Of a stretch of 64,000 nt of DNA, positions 30,611-40,399 are shown one piece after another. The notes beneath the pieces were generated by a model that was not told the origin of the DNA, made no database searches, and worked only from the letters and a program-made list of their open reading frames with translations. The stretch's first letter is position 1. Each line of letters opens with the position of its first letter. Both the position numbers and the translations under genes were made by a program. The DNA is from Cyanobacteria bacterium P01_D01_bin.156 (GTDB lineage: Bacteria; Cyanobacteriota; Cyanobacteriia; Phormidesmidales; Phormidesmidaceae): NCBI GenBank assembly GCA_039024555.1, contig JBCCQQ010000006.1, positions 64,001 through 128,000 on the forward strand, read 5' to 3'.

Positions 30611-31957
30611 TTAGGCGGTTTTGCTGCTCATCCGCTTTAGACAGGTTTTTCGACTCCAAACATAGGCCCCAGTACCCACCAATAGATTAGCAACTGATGC
30701 GGCTATAAAAATCCCCAAGGGACCAGCGATACGTCCCCCTAGATAGGCCATGGGAATGTAGCAGCCCATCATATGGGTTGCCGTTAGGGTAATGGACGGT
30801 ATGGGTTTTCCCATAGCATTAAAGGCAGAACTCGTTATCTGCATCAGCCCGGCTGTTCCATAGCTAATGGGTACTAACCATAGATACCGGGAGGCAATGG
30901 TCACCACGGCAGGATCGGGATTAAAGAGTGCGGCTAAAAATGGAGCCCCCAACCCCAGCACAATAGCCATTGTCAGTCCCCACCCCAAGCAAAACCGATA
31001 GCCCTGACTCAAGGCCTGACGCACCCGCTCAATTTTTTGCGCTCCCCAGTTTTGCCCCACAAAAGGTCCCATACTGGAGGCGAGGGCCATAGTCGCAATA
31101 AGCGCTAAGGATTCCACCCGTGAAGCTAGACCAAACCCTGCCACTGCTGCAGCCCCGTGCACCGCTAAAAAGCTGGTAATAACGCCAATGGACATGGGGG
31201 TAATCATACTGGCAGCAGCAGCAGGCAGGCCCACAGTCAAAATGTCTCGCCAACACCAAAGGGTTTCCTGCAGGTCAGGAATTTGGGTGGATAGCAGATT
31301 CTCTTTAAAGCGCAACACTAACAACGCTGCCACTAGGGAAATAGCCCGAGCGATCACCGTTGCTAGGGCTGCTCCCTGTAGTTCTAACCGAGGAAATCCG
31401 AGGGCACCGTTAATCAACAGTGGGTCTAGCACGATGTTAGTTCCTGCTGCCACTGTCATGATAATGCTGGGAGTGAGGGTGTTACCCGCCGCTCGGATAG
31501 CGCTATTCCCCACCATGGGAACGACCAAGAACACAATACCAAAGTACCAAATTCGCATATATTCGCGAATAAAAGGCAAAGTATCAGGGCCTGCCCCCAA
31601 TGCCTTAAATAAGGGGTCGATGGTAAATAAACCGACGGTAGCAAACAAAAAGACTGCCGTTAATGCCAGGGTAAGGCTGTTAGTGGTGAATCGTTGTACC
31701 CGCCGCATGTCCCCTTCACCAATGGCCCTGGCAATGACCGATGTGGCCCCAACGCCTAGCCCAAAGGCTAGATTTCCCAGGGTTAAAACCACTGGAAACG
31801 TAAAGCTCATGGCGGCTAATTGTGCGGTGCCCAGCTGTCCTACAAAGTAAGTGTCTACCAAGTTAAAGGCAATCAAGGCAAAAAGACCCCACACCATGGG
31901 CAGGGTGAGCTTTACCAGTTGAGAACCCACAGGACCTTCGGTCAAGTCACGTTGCAT
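30611..31957 (-). CDS. MATE family efflux transporter
   Basis: DLTEGPV, VDTYFVGQLG, NIVLDPLLI.G, GAALAT, GQNWGA; about 12 TM helices. Confidence 0.93.
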   Translation of the reverse strand: MQRDLTEGPVGSQLVKLTLPMVWGLFALIAFNLVDTYFVGQLGTAQLAAMSFTFPVVLTLGNLAFGLGVGATSVIARAIGEGDMRRVQRFTTNSLTLALTAVFLFATVGLFTIDPLFKALGAGPDTLPFIREYMRIWYFGIVFLVVPMVGNSAIRAAGNTLTPSIIMTVAAGTNIVLDPLLINGALGFPRLELQGAALATVIARAISLVAALLVLRFKENLLSTQIPDLQETLWCWRDILTVGLPAAAASMITPMSIGVITSFLAVHGAAAVAGFGLASRVESLALIATMALASSMGPFVGQNWGAQKIERVRQALSQGYRFCLGWGLTMAIVLGLGAPFLAALFNPDPAVVTIASRYLWLVPISYGTAGLMQITSSAFNAMGKPIPSITLTATHMMGCYIPMAYLGGRIAGPLGIFIAASVANLLVGTGAYVWSRKTCLKRMSSKTA

Positions 31958-32059
31958 AAAGTAGTAGCATTAGCGTTTCTGCCTCAATTTACCTCGTTTA
32001 GGCATGGTTCAGCTGTTACCAGTGCAGCGGAATTCTCAGGGCACTACTAAATTCAGAAA

Positions 32060-33484
32060 CTAGAGAACAACGTCACTAAGATCAACGGTGTAATGACCAA
32101 TGAGAGTAATCCGCTCATAGGACATGAGATAAATGTGGAGAAGATTTTGATTTTGATTATCGCGATGCATTACTAGCCCGTTGATGCCAATGTCTTTACG
32201 ATAATCAATTACCTGATTTTTGCTGTCCAGTAATACTGCAAAAAATGGACTCTCATCAGGGCGATTTTGTTCTAGCTCTGAATAGTCTTGAGTAAACGGG
32301 GTGCCAAAGCCCAGGGGCATGTATACACCGTCAGAGTAATCCTGAGGTTGTAACTGAGGCACCTGTGCCAAATCGATACCACTCACAACAAACTGACGTA
32401 GCTCACCCTCTGCATTAGCAAAGTTTAACTGTACTTCTGTTAGGGACTTTTCAGCTAAAGGAGAAACTATCTGGCGTGCCGTAGCCTGGGTAACTTCGGT
32501 CAGTTGGCTAAAGTCAGATTTCCAAAGATGCCGAGGGGCATAAATTCCAGGTGGCACAAAACTTTGAAACGCCAGGGCTGTCTGTCTTAGCTCTTCCCAT
32601 GTACGAATCCTGCTGTTTTCCCCATTTGGATTAAAAATTAAACCTGCTTTAGACTCTTGTTCCCTAGCGATCAAAATCTCCTCTGATTTTAGGTCGTCTA
32701 CAGGGACAATTTGTTCTGATTCTACGGTTCTCAGGTTAGATAAACTAAATTTTAGCCCTGACAGAAATCTAAAGCCAGGCCAAGCTTCCATAGTACGGGC
32801 CTGTTGCCAATAGCGAGTTGGATTAAGCTGGTGGACTAAATCAGCGTAAGCTCGCCGAGAAAATGTAAAGTATCCTTGATAAATTTTCTCGTTACCTGTT
32901 TCTGTTTGGGCGTAAACTGCCAGTTCCCAATAGCCAGCCCCGAGACAGTTGTTTGTCAGTGCAATAGAAATGTCCTCAAGGGCATAATTTCCCAGGCCTG
33001 TAGGTAATTGAATGTGAGATGAACCGGTCTCAAAGATAACCCGCTGACGATTAAACTCGCGCTCTGTCAAAAACCATTGGGTTAATGCCTCATTATCCCT
33101 AGCCATTGTTGGCACTGTAGGAATCATCAGACTTAAATCAATATCTTGTAGTCTGAGTTTAGTGGTTGTATCCCCATGGTTGAGAGTAAAGTCGACATTA
33201 AACTGATAATTTTCGATTTGTTCAAAAGTAATATCTTCTCCAACCCAACTATGTCCCTCAATGGCTTCGGTCTCTAGAGGAAGTTCAGCTAAGCTGGATT
33301 GTCCATATCGTTGATAAACTACGCCTGTTGCTGTGCCTACGAATGCTAGAGCTGTTAAACCAATCCCCCATTTGCGTAGCTTAGCCCAGGAGGCTGGAGT
33401 TAATGACATTCTATTGAGAAATTCATTAACCTCAGGATTGAGGATTGGATTCGTCTTTTTTAGAGGTGGCTGAAGCTGCTGCAT
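32060..33484 (-). CDS. Hypothetical exported or membrane-anchored protein
   Basis: 474-aa ORF with one N-terminal TM helix. No motif recognised. Confidence 0.7.
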   Translation of the reverse strand: MQQLQPPLKKTNPILNPEVNEFLNRMSLTPASWAKLRKWGIGLTALAFVGTATGVVYQRYGQSSLAELPLETEAIEGHSWVGEDITFEQIENYQFNVDFTLNHGDTTTKLRLQDIDLSLMIPTVPTMARDNEALTQWFLTEREFNRQRVIFETGSSHIQLPTGLGNYALEDISIALTNNCLGAGYWELAVYAQTETGNEKIYQGYFTFSRRAYADLVHQLNPTRYWQQARTMEAWPGFRFLSGLKFSLSNLRTVESEQIVPVDDLKSEEILIAREQESKAGLIFNPNGENSRIRTWEELRQTALAFQSFVPPGIYAPRHLWKSDFSQLTEVTQATARQIVSPLAEKSLTEVQLNFANAEGELRQFVVSGIDLAQVPQLQPQDYSDGVYMPLGFGTPFTQDYSELEQNRPDESPFFAVLLDSKNQVIDYRKDIGINGLVMHRDNQNQNLLHIYLMSYERITLIGHYTVDLSDVVL

Positions 33485-33896
33485 AGGTAGATTCTCCGTC
33501 TTAGCGCGTCGTTCTGGTGTTGTATCTATACACAGGGATCGCTATCCCTAAAGTGCGCTTTGTTGCCCCGAAAATTAGTAATCTTTCGTAAAGCTTCTGT
33601 GAATTAGCCTACGATTTTTGAACTTATGGTTTTGCGTGAATATTCGCTTGTTTAGCTTGTTTCTGTATGTAGTAGGTAATGTGTTTTGTCCATAGCAGAA
33701 AGCGATTTAGCTTAAAAAGCTAAGCATGTAGAACGCCTTAAGGCACGGCATATTTGTTTGAGTTGTTGTGCCTACGGTACTCTGTAAATTCCCTAGGGTT
33801 ACGTTTGACCCGTACATAGCTACTACTATCTGAAGCCTTTAAAGATCGCCTATGGCCTGAACTATAGCGCCTCGCTCTATTTACACACTTAATGAA

Positions 33897-33945
33897 AGTC
33901 CCTGGTCAACGTTAGGTATTGAATACCTAACGTTGACCAGGGACT
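33897..33945. terminator. Perfect 24-bp-arm inverted repeat downstream of the flotillin operon
   Basis: AGTCCCTGGTCAACGTTAGGTATT-G-AATACCTAACGTTGACCAGGGACT. Confidence 0.7.
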
Positions 33946-33986
33946 CTATTTCAAAAAATGTTATCTAAGTATTAGTGGCCTCCGCC

Positions 33987-35216
33987 CTACGGCGTTTTAG
34001 TAAGGTTGTTTACAGCATTGGCAATGTCTAGACCGGTACTTTGCTTTAGCTGTTCTATAATTGCGATCGCTTGTTTCGCAGTCCCACTATTTTGACCATC
34101 AATCATAGTCAAGTTTTGCACCTCCACATCGGGCACTGTAGCACTCAGTGTTTTCAGTAACATTTCCAGCTTTTGCAACAAGAAAATGTCCCGTGCATTC
34201 TCACCGGCTGCTCGCCAAGATGCTGCCAGTTGTTTAGTACCCTCGGCCTGGGCCTTGCCATCCTCGATAATTTGAGCCGCATCCCCTTTGGCCTCTGCCA
34301 TAGCCCGTTTACAGTTCGCTTCAGCGGGCGCGATGACATCTGCCTTGAGCTGTTCAGTTACCTGTTTAATTCGTTCCTGCTGTACCGGTATTTCTGCCTG
34401 GATGCGTACCAATTCAGAGGCAATTTCTGCTTCCACTTCAGCAACAACGGCACCACGCTTAGTCAGCGCATCCTGAATGCGCCTCTCGGCTTCGGCTTCT
34501 GCAATGCCAGTGTCTCGCCCAATTCGACGCACAGAAGTGATTTTTTCATTTTCTGCTGTTTGAATTGCAGAAGCTGATTGGGCTTTAGCTTCTGCAATGC
34601 GAGCATCCCGCTGTAGTTGGGCCTGCTGTTTACGCCCGATAGAATCTAGGTAGCGCACATTGTCAGAAATGTTCTGAATCTGTAATGTGTCTAGAACTAG
34701 ACCTAGCTTTTCAAGATCCTCTTCTGCTTCATCTAAGAGGCTTTTTGCAAAGGCGATTTTATCTTCATTTACCTGCTCCGGTGTCAAGCTGGCAAGAACT
34801 CCGCGTAGATTGCCCTCTAGAGTCTCTTTAGCAATCTTTTCAATCTCTTTTCGACTCTTGCCTAATAGTCTTTCAATAGCGTTGTGAATGGCAGGTTCCT
34901 CACCAGCTACCTTAATGTTGGCAACGCCATCTACCTGTAATGGAATTCCCCCTTTGGAGTAAGCGTTGGTCACCTTGAGTTCAATAATCATGTTGGTGAG
35001 ATCCATGCGCATTGCTCTCTCCAAGAGGGGTTTACGAATACTGCTACCGCCTTTTACCAGGCGGTAGCCCACATTTTTTTGCCCCAGACGTTGTTGACCT
35101 CCAGCAAAAATTAGCACTTCATTGGGCTGACAGATATAGTACAGATTTCGAATAATCAGGGAGATAACTCCAGAACCACCCCCGAGAATCAGTAGTAAAA
35201 GAATGAGAACTGGCAT
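33987..35216 (-). CDS. Flotillin/SPFH family protein 2
   Basis: N-terminal TM helix, ICQPNEVLIF, ETLEGNLRGVL, AEA-rich coiled coil. GGAGG precedes ATG 35216. Confidence 0.92.
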   Translation of the reverse strand: MPVLILLLLILGGGSGVISLIIRNLYYICQPNEVLIFAGGQQRLGQKNVGYRLVKGGSSIRKPLLERAMRMDLTNMIIELKVTNAYSKGGIPLQVDGVANIKVAGEEPAIHNAIERLLGKSRKEIEKIAKETLEGNLRGVLASLTPEQVNEDKIAFAKSLLDEAEEDLEKLGLVLDTLQIQNISDNVRYLDSIGRKQQAQLQRDARIAEAKAQSASAIQTAENEKITSVRRIGRDTGIAEAEAERRIQDALTKRGAVVAEVEAEIASELVRIQAEIPVQQERIKQVTEQLKADVIAPAEANCKRAMAEAKGDAAQIIEDGKAQAEGTKQLAASWRAAGENARDIFLLQKLEMLLKTLSATVPDVEVQNLTMIDGQNSGTAKQAIAIIEQLKQSTGLDIANAVNNLTKTP

Positions 35217-35308
35217 TAGTATGTGCCCTCCAAAAGGTTGCAAATCATGCGATAGGTTATTCCAGATCCACCGACAACAATAATCAGAAGAAAGAGTACC
35301 CCTGGCAT
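35216..35308 (-). CDS. 30-aa membrane mini-ORF paralogous to the flotillin-2 N-terminus
   Basis: MPGVLFLLIIVVGGSGITYRMICNLLEGTY*. TAATG stop/start overlaps at both ends, and GGAGG upstream. Confidence 0.6.
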   Translation of the reverse strand: MPGVLFLLIIVVGGSGITYRMICNLLEGTY

Positions 35309-36744
35309 TAGTCGTTATCCTCCACCAGCACCTCAATAGCAGGTGCTGGTCGAAAGTCTAAGCTTTGGTGTAGAGTGCCGGTCACATCAATGCCTAAAGT
35401 ATCGTCTACTTGTTGTAGGAACTGTTTCACTACATCGGGATAAACACTTACAAGACTGGCAATAGATTGGCCATCACCGTTATCGATCACGTTGACATTC
35501 TTCAAATGAATGCGACCAGGAATTTTAGCCGCTTCCCGCAGCACCATATCAATTTGCTGAATCAAAAAGACTTGAGTCGCATCTCTACCTGTTTCCGCCC
35601 AGACTTCTGCGAGCATGTCATTCACTAGAGCTGCAGCCTTTGCATTTTCTTCTAGAGCAGCGGCTTGGCCCTTTGCATGCAATTCCTGGGCCTGTTTGGC
35701 TGCTTGGGCTGGCAACACCTCATCGGCCTGTAGACGAAGGCGTTCTAGCTCTGCCCGTACGGTTTGTAGCTGTTGTTCTGCCCGAGCTCGAGCTTCCTTA
35801 GCGGCGGCTGTAGTGCGTTCCTCTTCAGATTTAGCCCGTTCTTCCAGTTCGGCCTTAATTTTTCGTAGCTCATTTTGTTTTTGTTGCACGACTGTTAGAG
35901 CTTGGGTCTTGGCTACTGCTGCCTGTTTTTGACAGTCCGCTTCAATGCGATCTGCTTCACCAATGGCTTCGGCTTCGGCAATTTCTGCATCGCGAATGAT
36001 GTTAGCAATCTGACGACGGCCAATGGAGCTTAGATAGTCTGCATCGTCAGTCACACTTTGAATTTTTAAGGTGTCCAAATGCAAACCCAGCTTGGCTAGA
36101 TCTTTGGCCACATCAGCGGCAATGCGCTCAGCAAAGTTTAAGCGGTCTTCGTTTACCTGTTCTGGGGTGAGCAGCGCCACGACACCACGCAAATTGCCTT
36201 CTAATGTTTCTCGCACCACGCGGCGAATTTCGGAACGATTGCGTCCTAGAAAACGCTCAATGGCATTACCAACAACGCTACGGTTACTGGAAATTTTTAC
36301 ATTGGCAATAGCTTGAATATTGAGCGGTGTTCCCCCTTTAGCATAGGAATTTGTAACCTCAACGGGAATGGGCATGGTGGTCATGTCCATGCTCTGTACT
36401 CGCTCAATAATGGGGATAACCAGGGTACGGCCACCAAAAACTACGCGATAGCCGACAGACTGCCCTCGGTTGTTTTTGTATTTACGACCCGAGATAATTA
36501 AAATTTGGTTGGGGTTACAAATACGGAGACAGGTTTTTAACAGAACAATCAGGGCACCAACGCCCACCAAACCTAAAACTAAAGCACTACCTCCGATAAA
36601 GGCACCAATTTGTGCTGTATTTTGACTGGCTTGGCTCAAAGGAATAGCTTGGGCAATTTCGTAGTTAACAACCTGTGTGGTTTCGGTCTTATTGGTTTGG
36701 GCCAGTGACGTTTGCCCCAACGATGAGAAGGGAGTGTGTGTCAT
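35308..36744 (-). CDS. Flotillin/SPFH family protein 1
   Basis: TM helix, ICNPNQILII, ETLEGNLRGVV, coiled coil. ATG 36744 taken as start. Confidence 0.9.
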   Translation of the reverse strand: MTHTPFSSLGQTSLAQTNKTETTQVVNYEIAQAIPLSQASQNTAQIGAFIGGSALVLGLVGVGALIVLLKTCLRICNPNQILIISGRKYKNNRGQSVGYRVVFGGRTLVIPIIERVQSMDMTTMPIPVEVTNSYAKGGTPLNIQAIANVKISSNRSVVGNAIERFLGRNRSEIRRVVRETLEGNLRGVVALLTPEQVNEDRLNFAERIAADVAKDLAKLGLHLDTLKIQSVTDDADYLSSIGRRQIANIIRDAEIAEAEAIGEADRIEADCQKQAAVAKTQALTVVQQKQNELRKIKAELEERAKSEEERTTAAAKEARARAEQQLQTVRAELERLRLQADEVLPAQAAKQAQELHAKGQAAALEENAKAAALVNDMLAEVWAETGRDATQVFLIQQIDMVLREAAKIPGRIHLKNVNVIDNGDGQSIASLVSVYPDVVKQFLQQVDDTLGIDVTGTLHQSLDFRPAPAIEVLVEDND

Positions 36745-36796
36745 GGTACGAATTAAAAGAGTATAAAGTAGTGTTGCTAATTGATAACAGTGCAGT

Positions 36797-37489
36797 TTAG
36801 GTATGGGCGGCGTTTTCGTTTGAGACAACCCAAAGACGGTTGTTATCGACGTTGACAACAAGGACTTTGTCCCCCGGAACAAAGTCCTTGTTGTCGTCTG
36901 TGAGGGCCATCATGTGCAGCACACTGCCGCGTATTTCTAGCCGCACTTTGCCTTTACTTTGAGCATCAAAAGGCAGTTCTACAATGCCTAAACGTCCAGC
37001 AAAATCTTCGGTACGAATTAGGCTATCAGCGTGTCGGCGGGCTAAGTGGCGTAGGGCAATGGCCAACGTCCCCCCTAGCAAAGTGCCCATCATAAGCGCC
37101 GTAATAAATACGACCAACGATGACAAGTTAGGCTCTACCCAGCCGAGACTCAGGCCCGTAATCCCAAAGAAAAATCCGCCTACGGTCCAGAATTTGAAAC
37201 TAGTGAGGATATTGAGGCTAAAGGTGTAGACTCCTTTAACTTTTTGTAAAAGCTGGAGGTCGGTATCTATTTCCGCGTCAAAGCCAGCATCTGGAGCAAT
37301 ATCAGGTGTGTCGCCATCTAGGGCCAGATCACCGTCTAGCTCTAAATCGGCATCCAGGTCCAGATCGGCGTCTAGATCAGCATCAAAGTCAGCACCAGCA
37401 TCAAAGTCGGCATCACCTGCGCCGCCCAAAGTGGCGATCGCAACAAATATGCCACCGATCACAAAACAAAACCAATAAACTGACTGCAC
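36797..37489 (-). CDS. NfeD-like membrane protein
   Basis: TM helices, acidic DADFDADLD repeat loop, C-terminal OB-fold GKVRLEI.GS. AAGGAG precedes the GTG start. Typical flotillin partner. Confidence 0.85.
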   Translation of the reverse strand: MQSVYWFCFVIGGIFVAIATLGGAGDADFDAGADFDADLDADLDLDADLELDGDLALDGDTPDIAPDAGFDAEIDTDLQLLQKVKGVYTFSLNILTSFKFWTVGGFFFGITGLSLGWVEPNLSSLVVFITALMMGTLLGGTLAIALRHLARRHADSLIRTEDFAGRLGIVELPFDAQSKGKVRLEIRGSVLHMMALTDDNKDFVPGDKVLVVNVDNNRLWVVSNENAAHT

Positions 37490-37603
37490 GGTATCTCCTT
37501 AGGGTGTTATTCCCTAGTGATATCTAGATACAGTGTGTGACCTCAAAATTTCTGATATCTCTTAAAGATTCTGGTTTTTAGTTTGGTGTCACAACCTGCC
37601 CTG

Positions 37604-37694
37604 ATCGTTGCTGATTGGAAGAATGAACTGAGGTGCTTACAAGGCTATTTAGCGGTATTGCTTGAATAAAAGCACCCCGAAGATCGGCAATGTC
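37604..37694 (+). repeat. 91-bp inverted-repeat element, copy 4 (degenerate)
   Basis: ATCGTTGCTGATTGG...ATAAAAGCACCCCGAAGATCGGCAATGTC. Same length as the other copies. Confidence 0.7.
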
Positions 37695-37723
37695 CTGATC
37701 TTTTTAGTTTGTTAAGCGCTCAT

Positions 37724-37751
37724 AAAAAAAGGCACTCCAAATAGAGTGCCT
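37724..37751 (-). terminator. Intrinsic terminator of nrdJ
   Basis: Minus strand reads AGGCACTC-TATTTG-GAGTGCCT followed by a T run. Confidence 0.75.
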
Positions 37752-37822
37752 GTCGCTTATCTTCTACTAAACATGTCTCTATTCAGCGGAAGGTTTGATT
37801 CACAAGGAGAACGATGAACCAG

Positions 37823-40000
37823 TTAGTTCGGTTTCTTCTCTGGCAGTAAACACTTATCCGAATCACAGCCAGCAGGCCCCGCTTCAATTAGCTCACCAGC
37901 ATCGTAGCGCTCCAGGGCCAAATGAAAGTTCTCAGTGGAGCGCCGAGCCAAAACCTCGTTACATAACTCATCAAATCGAGCTTTATCAATGGGCTCAAAA
38001 GGCAGACGAGGGAATGTTTGTAGGTCATCAAATCGAGCCAACAAAGCTGAAGAAATGTATCCTTCATCGTTCTCTACGGCCTGATGGATACGCTGGGCCA
38101 GGGGCTCAATTTCGTTTTCACGAAACTCAATTGTGGCAGAAGTGTTGTGGGCCGTGTAGTTGCTTTGTACCTGCATGTAGAAATCAAACTGGGCCAGCGC
38201 CGAGAATTTTTCAATGGCCACCTCGTCAGCACCCGGCAGATTTGCCCAGGGAACTTCCACAGGCATTTCCACCAACCATTCAGTACAGCGAGGGTCAAAC
38301 GGATCGTTTAGCAGATTACCGTTTTCATCCTTGTCAGATTGGGAAGGGACTACTGAGTAACCATAGTCAATGCAGGCCAATGCGACTGGGTCATCCTTAC
38401 GGAAGGTAATACGACGAATAAATCGCTGAGATTTGGGAGGATGCCAACCGGAGGATGCACCACTCAGCAGACTCTTGGTTCCGGCAGGCTGCACAGTTGT
38501 ACAGCGGTTAGGACGCTTAATGCCATGGCGATCGCAATAGTCCCAAACAGTTTCATGGACAATGGCTTTCCATCGGCTTAGGTACTCCTTTTCCTTGGCC
38601 TTAAAGTCCAGACCCTGCATGGTGTTGGGGCGACCCGCTTCCCACCACTTGAGCCAGTCTACGCCAAATGCCTTAACAAAAAAGTCAAACAGTCCGGTAA
38701 ATGAGACACCCACAATGGGATCCTCTAGACGGGACTTCTGGTAACGTGCCTCAATAAACTGATGGTTGAGTAGAGCCGCCACTGCGATCGCACCAGCTCG
38801 AAACGCATCTTCCTGATCCTGCAGATTCTTTGGATCGATTTGATTCAGATGGATTTCTGCTAAGTTGCAGTGAAAATTTTGTCCAATAATTTCACCGCAG
38901 GGATTTAGACCATAGCGCCCTTCACCTTGGGCACGACGCTCAGCCTCACCAGCCCATTGGATAGCCCCTTCACCCGAGTAAAACTGCTTGCGTACTGCAG
39001 TGGTCATTTCCTCCAAGGAAGGCTTGGTATGAAACACTCGGGTATGGTTAGCCATACGTAACGCATCCCGTTCTGGGTCAATTCGCCAGTTACCCTCAGC
39101 ATCTTGCTGCCACAAGTTGTCCTTAGCCATGGTGGCAAGCTCATCGTGGCTATCAAACTGGCGCATGCCTGCGGAGCGCCGAATATTTCCAGCGACTACG
39201 CAAGCAGCAGCCTCATCAATCAGTAGACAGCACTCTAAAGAATTAAGCTTGCGACCGATGGCCTTGTTCAAAATATTGGCGCAGCGCTCATACAAATCAG
39301 GGAGTTTCACAGGGTTTGCCATACCCCCAAAGCCCTTTAACTTTTCTCCAGCAGGGCGAATGTCGCTGAGATCAACGATTACGTTTAAATCACCTGTAAA
39401 AGCCTCATCGCTGGAAAGTTCTAAAATCTTCTGATACGACTTGACCCAACCGTTGCGGCTATCGCCCACATAAACCGTTACCTGGTTGCCATCTATGGCA
39501 ATTTCCGTTTCCTCCCGTCGTTGGGCTACGGGCGTGGCACCCACTGCGCCAGCCATGGTAACAGTGAGGCGATTACAAATGGCAGGTAGCTGGTTGATGT
39601 ACTTGGGCTCTAGCACTGCGCCTGTACCGCAGCCCATCATGGCTAGATCCATCATCAAGCCAAAGGCGCGCCAATCTACCACATTGGTACTAGTGCAGTT
39701 GTAAGCGCCGGAAAAGTTCTTTTGCTGTTTGCTCCACTCGGTACCACCGACCCAGAGCCAGCGACCGGAGGGGAGTGCCTTTAACTCCCGCTGCATGCGC
39801 TGTACCAAGGCTTTTTCATCGATGGTCAGCTGGCCCAATTCCATAAGGCCGCCTAGGGTGCGATCGCACACATCTTCCCAAGACTCTCGACCACCATCAT
39901 CTAAACGACGGCTGTAGGTGCGATAAAAAACCGGATAGGCCGCTGGTGCAGCTTCAGGGAAAGGCGTTTTTGTCCGTAGCCGTTCTAACTCTTGAACCAT
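37823..40000 (-). CDS. nrdJ: Adenosylcobalamin-dependent ribonucleoside-triphosphate reductase (class II)
   Basis: RTYSR, PSGRWLW, YNC, NPCGE..C, TTVQPAGTKSL and C-terminal CDSDKC. Confidence 0.95.
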   Translation of the reverse strand: MVQELERLRTKTPFPEAAPAAYPVFYRTYSRRLDDGGRESWEDVCDRTLGGLMELGQLTIDEKALVQRMQRELKALPSGRWLWVGGTEWSKQQKNFSGAYNCTSTNVVDWRAFGLMMDLAMMGCGTGAVLEPKYINQLPAICNRLTVTMAGAVGATPVAQRREETEIAIDGNQVTVYVGDSRNGWVKSYQKILELSSDEAFTGDLNVIVDLSDIRPAGEKLKGFGGMANPVKLPDLYERCANILNKAIGRKLNSLECCLLIDEAAACVVAGNIRRSAGMRQFDSHDELATMAKDNLWQQDAEGNWRIDPERDALRMANHTRVFHTKPSLEEMTTAVRKQFYSGEGAIQWAGEAERRAQGEGRYGLNPCGEIIGQNFHCNLAEIHLNQIDPKNLQDQEDAFRAGAIAVAALLNHQFIEARYQKSRLEDPIVGVSFTGLFDFFVKAFGVDWLKWWEAGRPNTMQGLDFKAKEKEYLSRWKAIVHETVWDYCDRHGIKRPNRCTTVQPAGTKSLLSGASSGWHPPKSQRFIRRITFRKDDPVALACIDYGYSVVPSQSDKDENGNLLNDPFDPRCTEWLVEMPVEVPWANLPGADEVAIEKFSALAQFDFYMQVQSNYTAHNTSATIEFRENEIEPLAQRIHQAVENDEGYISSALLARFDDLQTFPRLPFEPIDKARFDELCNEVLARRSTENFHLALERYDAGELIEAGPAGCDSDKCLLPEKKPN

Positions 40001-40262
40001 TCGTTCGAGCTTCCTTGCGAATTTAGGGGGTTAAGTGGTGTGCAATCATTGCCGAATGCGTTCAGCTCATGACCGCTAACGAGGCTTTAAGGAATTACCT
40101 TGGACCATGCGCGCGAAGCCAAAATTACTCCCGCTGAATGAAAGAATGAACCAATATGCAAACCATGCCACGAAGCACAATCTTGCAGATGAAATCATGT
40201 CCTGGAGCAGAGCAGCTACTGAATTTCACCATTCATACCTTTGGAATATTCCAAACGCAAAT

Positions 40263-40399
40263 GCGCCACATATAGCGTTAGCAATAGTCGCAATAATCGT
40301 TAACACTCTAAATGTGCTTTGCACATGGAAATAAAGACTAGCATCACCAACCAAAAAAATCTAGCGTTTATATAGAAGGCAAAACGCTAGATATAGTGA
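40263..40399. promoter_or_regulatory. NrdR boxes upstream of nrdJ
   Basis: GCGCCACATATAGCGT (40263) and ACGCTAGATATAGTGA (40384) match acaCwAtATaTwGtgt. Weaker partners at 40305 (+42) and 40352 (-32). Confidence 0.7.

Noticed and set aside
37310..37420. Tandem DNA repeats in the nfeD-like gene
   Set aside because: They encode the low-complexity acidic D-A-D-L/F loop common in this family.
37823..40260. Intein or intron in nrdJ, or a cobalamin riboswitch in its leader
   Set aside because: The ORF is continuous at 725 aa with no intein motifs, and no B12-box was recognised. A covariance-model scan would be decisive.
40107..40334. 75-aa ORF between nrdJ and the hpsE-like gene
   Set aside because: It overlaps the NrdR-box promoter region and has no recognisable protein features.
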